A DNA stretch of 64,000 nt from an uncultured Bacteroidales bacterium (GTDB taxonomy: Bacteria; Bacteroidota; Bacteroidia; Bacteroidales; WCHB1-69). This document shows, piece by piece, positions 9,361 to 20,584 of this stretch; within the stretch, counting starts at the first letter, position 1; each line of letters opens with the position of its first letter. The stretch lies in NCBI GenBank assembly GCA_946186495.1, contig CAMHNQ010000008.1, positions 17,959-81,958 on the forward strand. Reading direction: 5' to 3'. The notes below the pieces were generated by a model. The model was not told the origin of the DNA. It did not search any database and saw nothing but the letters and a program-made list of their open reading frames with translations. The position numbers were made by a program, and so were the translations under genes.

Positions 9361-12300
9361 ATGAAAAAGCTGTTATTCATTTTAATGGTTGTCGTGGTCC
9401 CGTTTTTGGTCATGTCGCAACCTATGAACGTTGTCACCATTTTCAGTGAGAACTTTGACGGTACCACGTCGCAGTTTTCAACGTCCACAAACTCAACCCT
9501 TGGTGGTTCGTTGGGAGACTGGCGTGTTGTGGGGGCAGGAACGACTTATCCCAACTGGGACACCCTGCAGCTCTACAAGTCTGCTCCGAATTGTTTTCAC
9601 TCCCCAGTGTATAATGCCACGGCCACTGCTCAGGCCACCACTTCCGCCATTCCTTTGAGTTCTCCTGGAGTGGATGTGAACTATGTCTATCTGGATTTTG
9701 ACCACATATGCAAGGTCAACCTTTTGGACAGGGCAACCATCTATATTTCGACATCGAGCGGAGTCGATGAAGATGGGAACTACATGTGGACGCCTTGGAC
9801 GCATCTGAGTTTCAGCAACAGCAGCGACTATTACTATGGTGAAGCCAGCAACCCTACGGGGACGGCTATCGTGGGCGGTTCGTTTTCAGACCAGACCTAC
9901 TCGAACTGGTACTCCAACTCCATGACAATAAAGCCCAACAACAATTGGTGGCATCATGAGATGTTCGATGTGACCTCGTTTGTCTTCGCTTCCGGCAACA
10001 CCCCCACGCACTTCCGCCTCCAGTTCCGTGTGAACAAGACCTCCCCGCCTACGGCCGGCACCCAGGATTGCGCCGGTTGGTATTTGGACAATGTGGAGGT
10101 ACGTCTTTCCAACTGCGAGCTGATTCGCCCCGCAATCACTATGCAGCCTCCGTTCTACTACAACACGAACAACTCTTTCATCAACAACGTGGGTCCCTAT
10201 ACCATCAAGGCCAAATTGACGGATAACGATACGATTAACGAGAGTTCTGTGGTGTGCTGGTACAGCATCAACAGCGGCGATACGGTTCATGCACCGAACA
10301 TATTCACCAGCAATGTGTTGAATGCCAATGGACACACTATCCAGGCACAATGGGTGTTGCCCAGCATCTGTTACCAGGATACGATTTATTACCATATTTA
10401 CATGGAAGACGTCCACGGAAGTCCGGCACGCTTCGACACATTCTTGGTGGCTCACCACAACTACCCGAGTATCCACGACAACGATGTACGTGTGGATACT
10501 GTCAGCCCGATGCCTCACTGTCTGATTACGGGACAGCCCCAGCCCATCACTGTCTATTTCACGAACCGCAGTGATGCACTGCATTCTCCCGGCTCTGCTT
10601 ACATGACTTCTGCGTCTTTCACTATGGTGGTGCGCGACGAGAACGGGAACGAAACCCACAACAGCACCCATAACTGGACCGGTGACATCTGTTTCGACAT
10701 CCCCGACTCCCTCTCGTTAGGCACTTTCACACCGACGCATGGTTACAACTATGTAACAGTCTATGTGACCACGCGAAACGGTCAGACGGACGGCTTTCAT
10801 GGGAACGACACGATAAAGATAAGTCCCTATTCATGTGACAGCCTGATGCGGGGCGACTATACTATAGGCGGCTCGAATCCGGATTTCGCGAATTTGGAAG
10901 CGGCCAAGACCTCACTGCAGTATTGCGGTTTGGGAGGTCCCGTGACGTTCCACCTCCGTCCCGGCACTTACTCCGGATTCACTTTCGACGAGAACTACAT
11001 CGGACAGTCGGAGGTGAACACTATCACGTTCCAAGGCGATGACGTGAACACAGTGGTGCTGACCAACAACAGCACAGATGTCGGTGCCAACGTCTTTGGC
11101 GCGGTCACCCTCGTGAATGTCAAAAACTATACATTCAAGAACCTGACCATCCAGGGCAACAATCTCGCTACGGCATCGAGGGGTGTTGTGGTACGCGGGA
11201 ACGGTAGCACCAACATTCTGTTTGACGGCTGTAGAATCACTGCGCACAACACTCACTCCACGGCTGCCACCAGCGCTGCCGTGGTACGTTCCGCTGCCGC
11301 CGCCACGTATCCGGACACCATCGTTTTCCGTAACTGTACCATCGAGGGCGGAAACTTCGGCATACATTATGTCGGCTCAGCTGCCCGCCGGAACAACATC
11401 ACGGTTGACAATTGCGACATCGCATCCTGTTATCGCGGTATATTCGCAAATTATTACGTGGGTACGATTTCCCACAACCATATCAAGCAGGTGGCCTCCA
11501 CCAACCCGCAGAACTTCACCGCCATACATGCCAATTATCTCTACGGTGGTGCCATAGACGGCAACAACATAGATTCCATCCTGAAGATGGAGTACGGCAT
11601 CTACTTGACCAATGCGACCACCGGGAACTTCTCCATCAGCAATAACCACCTGCGTGCGGGCAACGGATCGGCCGGCATTTACGTCAACAGCAGTTCATCC
11701 ACGGCTTCAATCACAGGGTCTATCTACAACAATGAGGTTATCCTCTATCCTGTGACGGCAAACAACAGCTATGCTGTCCAAATCAACAATAGTAACAATC
11801 TCCATCTCATCAACAACAGTTTCATTGCGAAATCCGATGCTCCATACAGCAACACGGCAGCGTTGTACATTTCCAATGGCAACAATAATACTAATATATA
11901 CAATAATATACTGTTAAATCAGGTGGTGAACACTGACAACACGGATTATCCCTTGTACTTGAACGGCAACGCCACAGCGACGGGAAGCTTCAACGACTTG
12001 AACTCCGGGTCTGGCGTAGTGGCCTACAAGACTGTTCCGCGCAATACTATCGCCGAACTGGCCAGCGCAGTCACCACCCTCACCGATATGATTTCGTATC
12101 TGCCTCCGATGGTCAACAGCTCCCAGAGCCTTTTGCCGACCAACTTCTCGGGTTTGGAGTGCTGGCGCAATGCCAGTGTGATGACAGATATCCGGGGAAT
12201 CAACCGCTCAGAGGTGACCTATATGGGTGCATATGCCGACATGATCCCCTCAACAGATGCCGCCATTACGGCGTTGGTCAGTCCTGCTCTTGGTGTTTGT

Positions 12301-15300
12301 CCGCAGAACACGTATGACATCGTGGTGGAAATCACCAACAAGGGTTCCCAGACAATCAATTTCGCCAATAACCCTGCCGTGATCACGCTTCAGTCAACTG
12401 CATTAAACCTCAACCAGACCTTTAACGTGAATGCAGGTACGGTCGCAGCATTGGCCACCATCAACCAGCAATTGTCGCAGAACGTCCCTGTCCCGGTCAA
12501 TTCGCCCGTGGATTTCCTCATTACCATCACCACCAACGGAGACAACAACCATCTTAACGACACTTTGGTGCAGACGTTCATCATGGAGGCCATCATCCCC
12601 GATTATGAGGAGGATTTCAGTAACGGGACCCAGCAGACGTGGACAATAGAGCAGGTGTCGGGTGCCGGTAACTGGACTTTCCAAAACGGTACCGGTGCGA
12701 ATCCGACCATCACCCCGGTGTATGGCACCGGCCGTCTCTTCTTCAATTCCAAGAACTTTGCCGCTAACACGACATCCCGTGCCATTATGCCACCTGTTTC
12801 GTTGACAAATGCTTTCAACCCGATTCTGGAAATCTGGTTTGCACACGACAATGCCAACAGTGCGAACAACAAGCAGGATGAATTGTATGTGAAAGTCTCC
12901 ACAGACGGAGGGCAGACCTATACGAACATGACGGCACAAGGGCAAAGCCAGGCCGTCATCAAGCGTTACAAACAATCCGCCACCACACCCGTCTGGGAAC
13001 TCTACACCTTCGACTTATCCAACTATGTGAGCAATGGTTGTGTCTATATTGCGTTTGAGGCTGTCTCTAAAACGGGTAACAACATGAACGTAGACCGTAT
13101 CCGAGTGAGAAACCTCTACGACAATGATGTCGCCGTGTCAAAGATTTATGGAGTTGGCGAAACCCCCACGGAATACGGCATGCGGGAAGTGGTCAGCGCT
13201 ATGGTAAAGAACGAGGGCGCTTTGTCGCAGAACAATGTGAAAGTCTACCTTAATGTGGTTGGTGCGACCGAGCAGTGGCATGACTCCGTGACGGTCTCCA
13301 CCTTGCCGTACAATGCCGAAACCATGGTTACGTTCCCTGACCACCAGTACAGTGTCGCTGAAGTGAAGGATGTGGAGGTTCGCGCCGCTAACGACCAGTT
13401 CAACGGAAACAATGCCATGCATTGGCGCATGGTGACCACCTCCAACGCAGCCACCATCGCCGATACCACCTCCGACATCGTTTTTCTGGGGGACTATGCC
13501 AACATCATCCGTCCCTGTGTCCGTTACAAGACAAATGAGGAGCTGGCGGTTACCGCAGTGAAATACTATTATGACCAGACCTACATTGCAGATCCCGAAA
13601 ATGGTTTCAAGGCTTTCGTGGCTGATGCCTCGGGTACAATACTGGCCACCTCCGAAGTGGTGGATTTCAGCACGCTGCAACAAGGGGCCTGGAACATCAT
13701 CCCAATCCAGAATTTTGCATTGACCAACACCACTGGCGAGTTCTATGTGGGATTGGAGATGCTTGCTCACGGTAACTACCTCTGTGCCCAAGTGGAGACC
13801 CCGCTTCGTGATTCGACATTCTACTATCTTGTCAACGGCACCTATGAACCCCAGCAGACGGGCCGTTTCATGCTGGGCGCTTTGGTTGACACCCCCTACG
13901 TGCACGATGTCGCGTTGCTCAGCCTTGTCCATCCAGTCAGCAACTGCGATCTCGGTCACGAACATCTCAACCTGCAACTCACAAACAACGGTACCACCGA
14001 CATCGTTCCGCCGATTCAGTTGCACTATACCATTAACGGAGGTGCCGAGGTCACGGAGAATTTCAATGACACCCTCCGTAGCCACGAGACCGTTGTCTTC
14101 ACATTCAACAGCATATACGATTTCACCAACAATCAGATAGACATTGACGATAACTATGCAATCAAGATCTGGGCCACCAAACTCAACCAAGACCGTCTTG
14201 CCTTTAACGACACTTTGGGCGTGACGGTAGTGTCAAGGGGTAAGTCGGCCATGCCGATTGTCACCGACACGGTTATTGTGAACTACCATAACACGACCAC
14301 CCTGACGGCACAACTCCCGGCCTCGATCCCGCAAGGAGTGCTCGGATGGTTCACCAACTCCGGTTTCGAGACTTGGAACCTGCTGAGCTACAGCCCTACG
14401 TATACTACACCTATCATCTATTTCGACACCGTCTATTATGTGAACGCCAACCCCGGCACCGTTGACGACGTGATTGTGGGAACCGGCACAGGTTCGGGTA
14501 CAGACCCCATGACTTTTTCCAACGGATACTCCCGGGGTCGTATGCTCTATCTGGAACAGGAAGTGGGCCACGGAACCATCACGGCATTCGCTCTGAATGT
14601 CAAGACCGCACACTCTTCATCGGTCACGGAAGGCATCCCGTTGAAAATTTACATGAAGACCACGGACGCCAATGTCTATGGATCAACGGCTGTCAATTGG
14701 GACGACGAACTCACCGGAGCCACCTTGGTGTTAGACGAGCGTGTGATTTTCGACCATACAGGCTGGTTCTATTTCAATTTGCAGACACCGTTCGAGTTCA
14801 ACAACGGGAATCTGGAAGTTTATATGGAGACAAACTGTGCCGATTATTGCACGGGTTCTGGCAACCAATGCAACAACTGCGGTCAGCATGTGGTGGGTGC
14901 AAACAGCTATCCTCAGTTCTACCAGACCAACACGACAGGCAGTACGCTTTGCCAAAAGAAGTCGGGAAATACGGCCGCTGCCATGAACGGAGCCTACACG
15001 AACGTGTCGAAACGTCTTAACGCCCGTTTCACGGTTGCCAACTTGGACTGCGGAAGTGAGAAGGTCCCGATCTACATCCACGTGCCGGATATTCCGGACT
15101 ATGATGTGGAGACGCAGGAATTGCTTTATCCCGAATCCAGTTGCGCCTTGTACGATGAACACATCCAGGTGCAGGTCAAGAACATGCTGAACACTCCGAT
15201 TCCCGCCAACAAGGTGGTGATCCATGCGGTGTTCAACGGGACGGAGGTCACCCATACCGTGGACGAGCCTTTCGCTTCGGAAGAGGTCAAGATTGTAGAG

Positions 15301-18300
15301 TTCAACACCCCGTTCGACTTCAGTGCCCCCACGGCCAATATAACGTTCAACTATACGATTTATACGACTCTTAACAACGAGGCGACGGTTTATACCGGCA
15401 ACGATACCATCACTGGTCAGTTCGTTTCCACCCGTACTGCCTATTTGCCGGACAGCATTGTCTATACCGGTTCCTTCACACAGCCTTATACCATATTGCA
15501 ACCTGCTGACAGACCGTCAGATATTACCCAATATTATTTTTATGCCCATGAAGCTGACGACACCCCGCTTCATACTACGACGACAGCCCAGCAGTATTAC
15601 ACCACTCCGGCATTGTATGACACTATGGTCTATTGGATGAGCGGAAAGACTCAGGTCAGTAACTGTGTGACAAAGCGTATCAAGGTCATTGTCAATGTTT
15701 TCAGGCCACAATACGATTTCAGCACGGATGAGTTGCTCTATCCTGTTTCCTATCAGTGCGCCAGCACGTTGAGTCCTAATCTCAAGGTCACGGTCACCAA
15801 TCAGGATACGACCTCCAACACGCAGATTCCGGCTGGCACGTTCAATTTGAACGCGCAGTTCACCGGCAGCGGCAACGTGAATGGTACTCATCTCATTAGC
15901 ACACCGGTTTCCTCCTTGGTTCAGGATACGGTTACCTTTGCCAACGGTATAAATCTCGGCTCTCCTACCCAGAACCGGATTTACCAATATGTGATTTACA
16001 CCACTCCCGTTGATGCCAGCATGCCTGTCTACACGGCTAATGACACCATTAGCGGCTCCATGTACTTCCCGGCATTGCCTGTCGCACCACAGCCGTTGAC
16101 CTATACGGTCCCTTACGGCGGCACGCAGACGGTCACGCCGGGAACTTCCGTGATGAACCATTTCTATTTCTACGAGAATCAGTCTGACGCCCAACCGGTG
16201 CATGAGGGCGGCAGTTTCACTACGGAACCCATTTTCGCCCCGACCACCTACTACTATAGCGGCCGCATTGAGTCCAACGGTTTCAACAAGGAGATTGTGG
16301 CTGGTATAGCCTCGGGAGCGGGTGCTATCACCAACCAGACCAATGCTGCTCCGTTCACTCTTTCCAATGGCCATTCTTATGCCAAGATTTTGTATAACAA
16401 GACCGATTTGGAGGGAGCTGGTGGCCGTATTGACAGTATTTATCTGCATGTTTGCGCTGCTGAGGGTAACGGTGTAGGCATCCCGATGAAGTTCTGGCTG
16501 GCCAACACCGCCGATGCTACCCACATTGCGACAGGAAATTCCAGCGTGAACTGGACGACCGAGACCGCCAACGCCACCTTGGTCTATGAAGGTGAGATAT
16601 TCTTGGATCAGACCGGATGGGTCGGCTTCCCGGTCCTTGGAGGTTTCGACTATGCAGGCGAGGGCTTGTATCTCTATGCTGAGCATAATTGCGGTGATGC
16701 CAGCTGTGTCGCCACCTACGGTATGAATCCGACACCGAAGTTCACCAATATCCAGTTGGGTAACGGTGCCAAGAAAATGCTGACCAAGGCTCAGAACACG
16801 GCTCTTACCACCGCAACCAATTTCAGCCTGTCTTCCTATCGTCCCACCACAAAGTTCAAGATGAACTACACCTGCGAGTCTCCCAAGTCCACGATTACCA
16901 TCAACACCACTGTTCCTCAGCATGATGTTGGCGTGGTGGCGATCACCGCTCCTGTGGAACAAAACAACAACTTCTCAGCCACAGAGGCTGTGACGGTCAC
17001 ATTGCAGAATTTCGGCACGCAGGCCGCTTCTAACTTCCCGGTGACCTACCAGTTGGGTAGCAATGCACCTGTCACGCAGAACTATAGCGGTTCTTTGGCG
17101 GCGGGAGCTACGGCGAACATGACGTTCGGCACTAATTGCGACATGACTTCTGTCTATTACGCTACTCCGTTCAAGGCTTACACTGATCTGAACACCGATA
17201 CCTATCATGCTAATGATACCACCACGATATATGTGAGAAAGGAAGATCCGTGCGTGTCGGGTCCGTTGGCCGTGAGCACAGGAGCCCACATCACCAACGT
17301 CACTTTCGCCTCCCTCAACAATGGCACGGGTGCACCCTACACGAACCACCCGGTCGAAGCTGGCGCCAATGGAAGATATACTGACTTCACGCAGACGGTT
17401 CCCCCTGTGGTGGTGATTCTCGGTCAGGAGTACCAACTCTCTGTCACCCATGCTTTCTCCAATGCCACCGCAAAAACAGTCTACAAACGAGCCTATATCG
17501 ACTACAACCGCGATGGTGTTTTCCAGAATAGCGAGGAGGTTCTGACCACCACGGCCATTCCGGCAGGCGATACCAACGCTACGGTCACGCAGACCGTAAA
17601 CATCCCCACCATCGGCAATGCAGAGGTTGGGTTGACTCGTATGCGTGTGATTTGCTCCTCCACTAACCAGACCTCCCCGTGCGGATACTTCAACAACAAC
17701 TCCACAACTGCTGAAGGCGAGACAGAAGACTATGCCGTGATGTTGAGCTCGCCCATGGAAATAGACTTGGGCATCCCGGCTGTCTTGCACCCAGTTGGAG
17801 ACATCTGTGCGGATGATCATGCCAACATCCGTGTCAATGTCCGGAATTACGGCACCCAGACGCAAGTGCTGAGCATGGACAATCCGCTGACTGTCACCGC
17901 TACCGTCAGCGGCGCCACGACAGGCACTTATTCAGAGACGGTCGAGAGCGGATCACTGGCACCCAACGGAGAGATGACTGTGAAGATTCCCAATGTCAAC
18001 TTCAGCTCAGCGGGTGTCTATCACGTCGATTTCCAATTGACCTATGCCGCAGACCAATATATGACCAACAACACCAGAAGCTCTTCGGCTGAGGTCACCT
18101 CCACAGTCGTGTCGCAGCTGCCGTTTGTGGAAACCTTCGTTCCTCAAGGTACGGATATAGCCAACCCTCAATTGCCTGACAGTTGGGAGTTGACGCAGTC
18201 TCATGGCAACTATTACTGGCGTGAGGTCACTGGTGCATCGCAGAACAATAACGTCGGCGGCGGCCCAGCCCACGACCACACTTATGCAGGTACTTCCATG

Positions 18301-19311
18301 CAGAATTCCGGTGGCTATGTCTCCGTGAACGGGGTGAACGGCACCACAAACAGAGACAAGTGGACTTCTCTCACCAGCCGATGCATCAATCTGCACTATT
18401 CAGACATCTATCCCGCCGAGTTCAACTTCTACAAATATTTCGCAGGTTCCTCCAACGCCGATTTCAATATGAGTGTTCAGGTCGGCTCAGGAGAGTATTA
18501 TCAAACTGTTGAGACGTTGACCAAGGCCGACGGTGGTCAGGTGGGCGGTGATGATGTATGGAAGAACCATCTTGTGGTGTTGCATTCGGTGGATGAAGTC
18601 GCCCGCTTGCGCTTCACGGTCACCAATCAGGTCAACAAAATCGACCCGTCCATTGACGATATCAACATCGTTATCGGTCAGCCTGACATGGCCATAAACC
18701 GCATCGTCTATCCTTTGGATAAGAACGTCGCCGACGCCTGCTTGGAGGTCAATAGCGTGATCAGCCCGGTCATCGAACTGTACAACAACGGCAATTCAGC
18801 AGTCGAGGAGTTCGATGTCCTATTCAATGTGGGTGTAGGTAACGATATCGTCACTCAAACGGAACACATCGTGCACCATCTTGCCCCTGGGGACACTTTG
18901 GTTTATACCAGCACCAACGAATTTGTGGTGACAAACCTGACCTCCAATTGGGAAGTGAAGGCAACTGTGGTCATTGAGAACGACAAGAACGAGTACAATA
19001 ACACCAAACGTTCTCTCTCTTGCACGAATGTGGGGGTTGATGAGTATGACGGTGGTGTCTATCTCGGACAGAACGAGCCTAACCCGGCAGTGACCACAAC
19101 CCGTATTCCGTACTCTGTCATGGAGCCCGGCAAAGTCACCCTGGAACTCACCAACTCCAGCGGCCAGCTGATTTACACGGACGTTCAGGAAGCCCTTGAA
19201 GGGACCAACTATTTTGACCTGGCTACGGCCAATTTGGCGGCTGGTGTCTATTACTACACCATCCATTATAAAGATATTGTATTAACCAAGAAGATGGTTG
19301 TTGAAAAATAG
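9361..19311 (+). CDS. Giant (3,316 aa) multidomain cell-surface protein with type A T9SS C-terminal sorting domain
   Basis: A single uninterrupted ORF. The track start 9337 is TTG, while ATG 9361 gives the signal peptide MKKLLFILMVVVVPFLVMSQ. Readable modules are a beta-helix-like N-rich repeat run (10851-12003), two MAM-like modules (12607-13115 and 18118-18685), CARDB-like Ig modules, and a GEVED-type module (17253-17750, AEGETEDYAVML). The C-terminal tail is GQNEPNPAVTTTRIPYSV...YYYTIHYKDIVLTKKMVVEK. Confidence 0.85.
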   Translation: MKKLLFILMVVVVPFLVMSQPMNVVTIFSENFDGTTSQFSTSTNSTLGGSLGDWRVVGAGTTYPNWDTLQLYKSAPNCFHSPVYNATATAQATTSAIPLSSPGVDVNYVYLDFDHICKVNLLDRATIYISTSSGVDEDGNYMWTPWTHLSFSNSSDYYYGEASNPTGTAIVGGSFSDQTYSNWYSNSMTIKPNNNWWHHEMFDVTSFVFASGNTPTHFRLQFRVNKTSPPTAGTQDCAGWYLDNVEVRLSNCELIRPAITMQPPFYYNTNNSFINNVGPYTIKAKLTDNDTINESSVVCWYSINSGDTVHAPNIFTSNVLNANGHTIQAQWVLPSICYQDTIYYHIYMEDVHGSPARFDTFLVAHHNYPSIHDNDVRVDTVSPMPHCLITGQPQPITVYFTNRSDALHSPGSAYMTSASFTMVVRDENGNETHNSTHNWTGDICFDIPDSLSLGTFTPTHGYNYVTVYVTTRNGQTDGFHGNDTIKISPYSCDSLMRGDYTIGGSNPDFANLEAAKTSLQYCGLGGPVTFHLRPGTYSGFTFDENYIGQSEVNTITFQGDDVNTVVLTNNSTDVGANVFGAVTLVNVKNYTFKNLTIQGNNLATASRGVVVRGNGSTNILFDGCRITAHNTHSTAATSAAVVRSAAAATYPDTIVFRNCTIEGGNFGIHYVGSAARRNNITVDNCDIASCYRGIFANYYVGTISHNHIKQVASTNPQNFTAIHANYLYGGAIDGNNIDSILKMEYGIYLTNATTGNFSISNNHLRAGNGSAGIYVNSSSSTASITGSIYNNEVILYPVTANNSYAVQINNSNNLHLINNSFIAKSDAPYSNTAALYISNGNNNTNIYNNILLNQVVNTDNTDYPLYLNGNATATGSFNDLNSGSGVVAYKTVPRNTIAELASAVTTLTDMISYLPPMVNSSQSLLPTNFSGLECWRNASVMTDIRGINRSEVTYMGAYADMIPSTDAAITALVSPALGVCPQNTYDIVVEITNKGSQTINFANNPAVITLQSTALNLNQTFNVNAGTVAALATINQQLSQNVPVPVNSPVDFLITITTNGDNNHLNDTLVQTFIMEAIIPDYEEDFSNGTQQTWTIEQVSGAGNWTFQNGTGANPTITPVYGTGRLFFNSKNFAANTTSRAIMPPVSLTNAFNPILEIWFAHDNANSANNKQDELYVKVSTDGGQTYTNMTAQGQSQAVIKRYKQSATTPVWELYTFDLSNYVSNGCVYIAFEAVSKTGNNMNVDRIRVRNLYDNDVAVSKIYGVGETPTEYGMREVVSAMVKNEGALSQNNVKVYLNVVGATEQWHDSVTVSTLPYNAETMVTFPDHQYSVAEVKDVEVRAANDQFNGNNAMHWRMVTTSNAATIADTTSDIVFLGDYANIIRPCVRYKTNEELAVTAVKYYYDQTYIADPENGFKAFVADASGTILATSEVVDFSTLQQGAWNIIPIQNFALTNTTGEFYVGLEMLAHGNYLCAQVETPLRDSTFYYLVNGTYEPQQTGRFMLGALVDTPYVHDVALLSLVHPVSNCDLGHEHLNLQLTNNGTTDIVPPIQLHYTINGGAEVTENFNDTLRSHETVVFTFNSIYDFTNNQIDIDDNYAIKIWATKLNQDRLAFNDTLGVTVVSRGKSAMPIVTDTVIVNYHNTTTLTAQLPASIPQGVLGWFTNSGFETWNLLSYSPTYTTPIIYFDTVYYVNANPGTVDDVIVGTGTGSGTDPMTFSNGYSRGRMLYLEQEVGHGTITAFALNVKTAHSSSVTEGIPLKIYMKTTDANVYGSTAVNWDDELTGATLVLDERVIFDHTGWFYFNLQTPFEFNNGNLEVYMETNCADYCTGSGNQCNNCGQHVVGANSYPQFYQTNTTGSTLCQKKSGNTAAAMNGAYTNVSKRLNARFTVANLDCGSEKVPIYIHVPDIPDYDVETQELLYPESSCALYDEHIQVQVKNMLNTPIPANKVVIHAVFNGTEVTHTVDEPFASEEVKIVEFNTPFDFSAPTANITFNYTIYTTLNNEATVYTGNDTITGQFVSTRTAYLPDSIVYTGSFTQPYTILQPADRPSDITQYYFYAHEADDTPLHTTTTAQQYYTTPALYDTMVYWMSGKTQVSNCVTKRIKVIVNVFRPQYDFSTDELLYPVSYQCASTLSPNLKVTVTNQDTTSNTQIPAGTFNLNAQFTGSGNVNGTHLISTPVSSLVQDTVTFANGINLGSPTQNRIYQYVIYTTPVDASMPVYTANDTISGSMYFPALPVAPQPLTYTVPYGGTQTVTPGTSVMNHFYFYENQSDAQPVHEGGSFTTEPIFAPTTYYYSGRIESNGFNKEIVAGIASGAGAITNQTNAAPFTLSNGHSYAKILYNKTDLEGAGGRIDSIYLHVCAAEGNGVGIPMKFWLANTADATHIATGNSSVNWTTETANATLVYEGEIFLDQTGWVGFPVLGGFDYAGEGLYLYAEHNCGDASCVATYGMNPTPKFTNIQLGNGAKKMLTKAQNTALTTATNFSLSSYRPTTKFKMNYTCESPKSTITINTTVPQHDVGVVAITAPVEQNNNFSATEAVTVTLQNFGTQAASNFPVTYQLGSNAPVTQNYSGSLAAGATANMTFGTNCDMTSVYYATPFKAYTDLNTDTYHANDTTTIYVRKEDPCVSGPLAVSTGAHITNVTFASLNNGTGAPYTNHPVEAGANGRYTDFTQTVPPVVVILGQEYQLSVTHAFSNATAKTVYKRAYIDYNRDGVFQNSEEVLTTTAIPAGDTNATVTQTVNIPTIGNAEVGLTRMRVICSSTNQTSPCGYFNNNSTTAEGETEDYAVMLSSPMEIDLGIPAVLHPVGDICADDHANIRVNVRNYGTQTQVLSMDNPLTVTATVSGATTGTYSETVESGSLAPNGEMTVKIPNVNFSSAGVYHVDFQLTYAADQYMTNNTRSSSAEVTSTVVSQLPFVETFVPQGTDIANPQLPDSWELTQSHGNYYWREVTGASQNNNVGGGPAHDHTYAGTSMQNSGGYVSVNGVNGTTNRDKWTSLTSRCINLHYSDIYPAEFNFYKYFAGSSNADFNMSVQVGSGEYYQTVETLTKADGGQVGGDDVWKNHLVVLHSVDEVARLRFTVTNQVNKIDPSIDDINIVIGQPDMAINRIVYPLDKNVADACLEVNSVISPVIELYNNGNSAVEEFDVLFNVGVGNDIVTQTEHIVHHLAPGDTLVYTSTNEFVVTNLTSNWEVKATVVIENDKNEYNNTKRSLSCTNVGVDEYDGGVYLGQNEPNPAVTTTRIPYSVMEPGKVTLELTNSSGQLIYTDVQEALEGTNYFDLATANLAAGVYYYTIHYKDIVLTKKMVVEK

Positions 19312-19329
19312 CCCTCTTTTTAACAGAAG

Positions 19330-19360
19330 AAGCTACCCTTACGGGGGTAGCTTTCTTTTT
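19330..19360 (+). terminator. Intrinsic terminator after the giant gene
   Basis: Hairpin AAGCTACCC-TTACGG-GGGTAGCTT followed by a T-run. Confidence 0.75.
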
Positions 19361-19375
19361 ATAAAGGATAAGCGA

Positions 19376-20584
19376 ATGATGATGAGACATTTGATGATGG
19401 TGTTGTGCCTGGTTTTCGTGACGACAGCCTGCGCACAGCCAGGGGACTCCTCTTCAAGACGGCAGGAGTCGCAGGCGAGTCTGCGAACCGGCGCGGAACG
19501 GCTGGAAGCCTACTTGCCGGAGCTTGCAGGCAAACGTGTGGCGTTGTGCGGGAACCAGACTTCCGTGGTCGCAAGCACCCATCTGGTAGACACCCTTATC
19601 GCAAGCAAGGTCAATCTGGTGAAGCTGTTCTGTCCCGAACACGGTTTCCGCGGACAGGCGGAGGCCGGCGCAGTGATAGCTTCCGGCAAGGACCCGAAAA
19701 CGGGTCTTCCGGTCGTTTCCCTTTACGGCAAGAACAAGAAACCGTCCGCCGAGCAACTGCAAAATGTGGATGTCATCCTTTTCGACTTGCAGGATGTGGG
19801 CTGCCGTTTCTATACCTACATCTCCACGCTGCACTATGTGATGGAGGCGGCAGCGGAGAACGGTGTGCGGGTCATCGTGCTCGATCGCCCGAACCCCAAC
19901 GGATTCTATGTCGACGGGCCGGTGCTGGACCCGCAGTACAAGTCTTTCGTGGGCATGCACCCTGTTCCGGTGGTCTATGGCATGACGATAGGGGAGTACG
20001 CGCTGATGATCAACGGCGAGAAGTGGCTTGCCAACGGGCGGCAGTGTGACCTGTCTGTCGTGAAACTGGAGGGATACTCGCATAAGACGCGCTATGATCT
20101 GCCTGTTGCGCCGTCGCCGAACCTGAAGACCCCGGAAGCGATCTATCTTTACCCGTCGCTTTGCCTCTTCGAGGGCACGAATGTAAGTGTCGGGCGCGGC
20201 ACCGAGCATCCGTTTGAGATGTACGGCGCACCCGGGATGCAGGCTGGCGACTACCGGTTCACGCCGCATGCCATCCCAGGTGTGTCGGAGAACCCGCCCT
20301 TCAAGGACCAGGAGTGCCGGGGGCGTCTGCTTGTCCTCGGTGACCATTGGCGGACTGTCACGTCCGGTAAATTTGATCTGCGCTATCTTCTCGATGCCTA
20401 TCGGAATTGCTCAGACAAGGCGGTGTTCTTCCTGAAGAACAACTTCTTTGATAAACTTGCTGGTACTGACCAACTTCGAAAACAGATTGTCGCGGGCGTT
20501 TCCGAGGAGGAAATACGTGCTTCCTGGGAAGAGGGGTTGAATGCATTCAAAAAGGTGCGGGAGAAATATTTGCTGTATGAGTGA
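19376..20584 (+). CDS. DUF1343 family lipoprotein (exo-beta-N-acetylmuramidase NamZ-like)
   Basis: I moved the start from TTG 19298, which overlaps the upstream gene and its terminator, to ATG 19376. That gives MMMRHLMMVLCLVFVTTAC, a lipobox-like signal. The LRTGAERLEAYLPELAGKRVALCGNQTSVV opening and overall length fit DUF1343. Confidence 0.75.
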   Translation: MMMRHLMMVLCLVFVTTACAQPGDSSSRRQESQASLRTGAERLEAYLPELAGKRVALCGNQTSVVASTHLVDTLIASKVNLVKLFCPEHGFRGQAEAGAVIASGKDPKTGLPVVSLYGKNKKPSAEQLQNVDVILFDLQDVGCRFYTYISTLHYVMEAAAENGVRVIVLDRPNPNGFYVDGPVLDPQYKSFVGMHPVPVVYGMTIGEYALMINGEKWLANGRQCDLSVVKLEGYSHKTRYDLPVAPSPNLKTPEAIYLYPSLCLFEGTNVSVGRGTEHPFEMYGAPGMQAGDYRFTPHAIPGVSENPPFKDQECRGRLLVLGDHWRTVTSGKFDLRYLLDAYRNCSDKAVFFLKNNFFDKLAGTDQLRKQIVAGVSEEEIRASWEEGLNAFKKVREKYLLYE

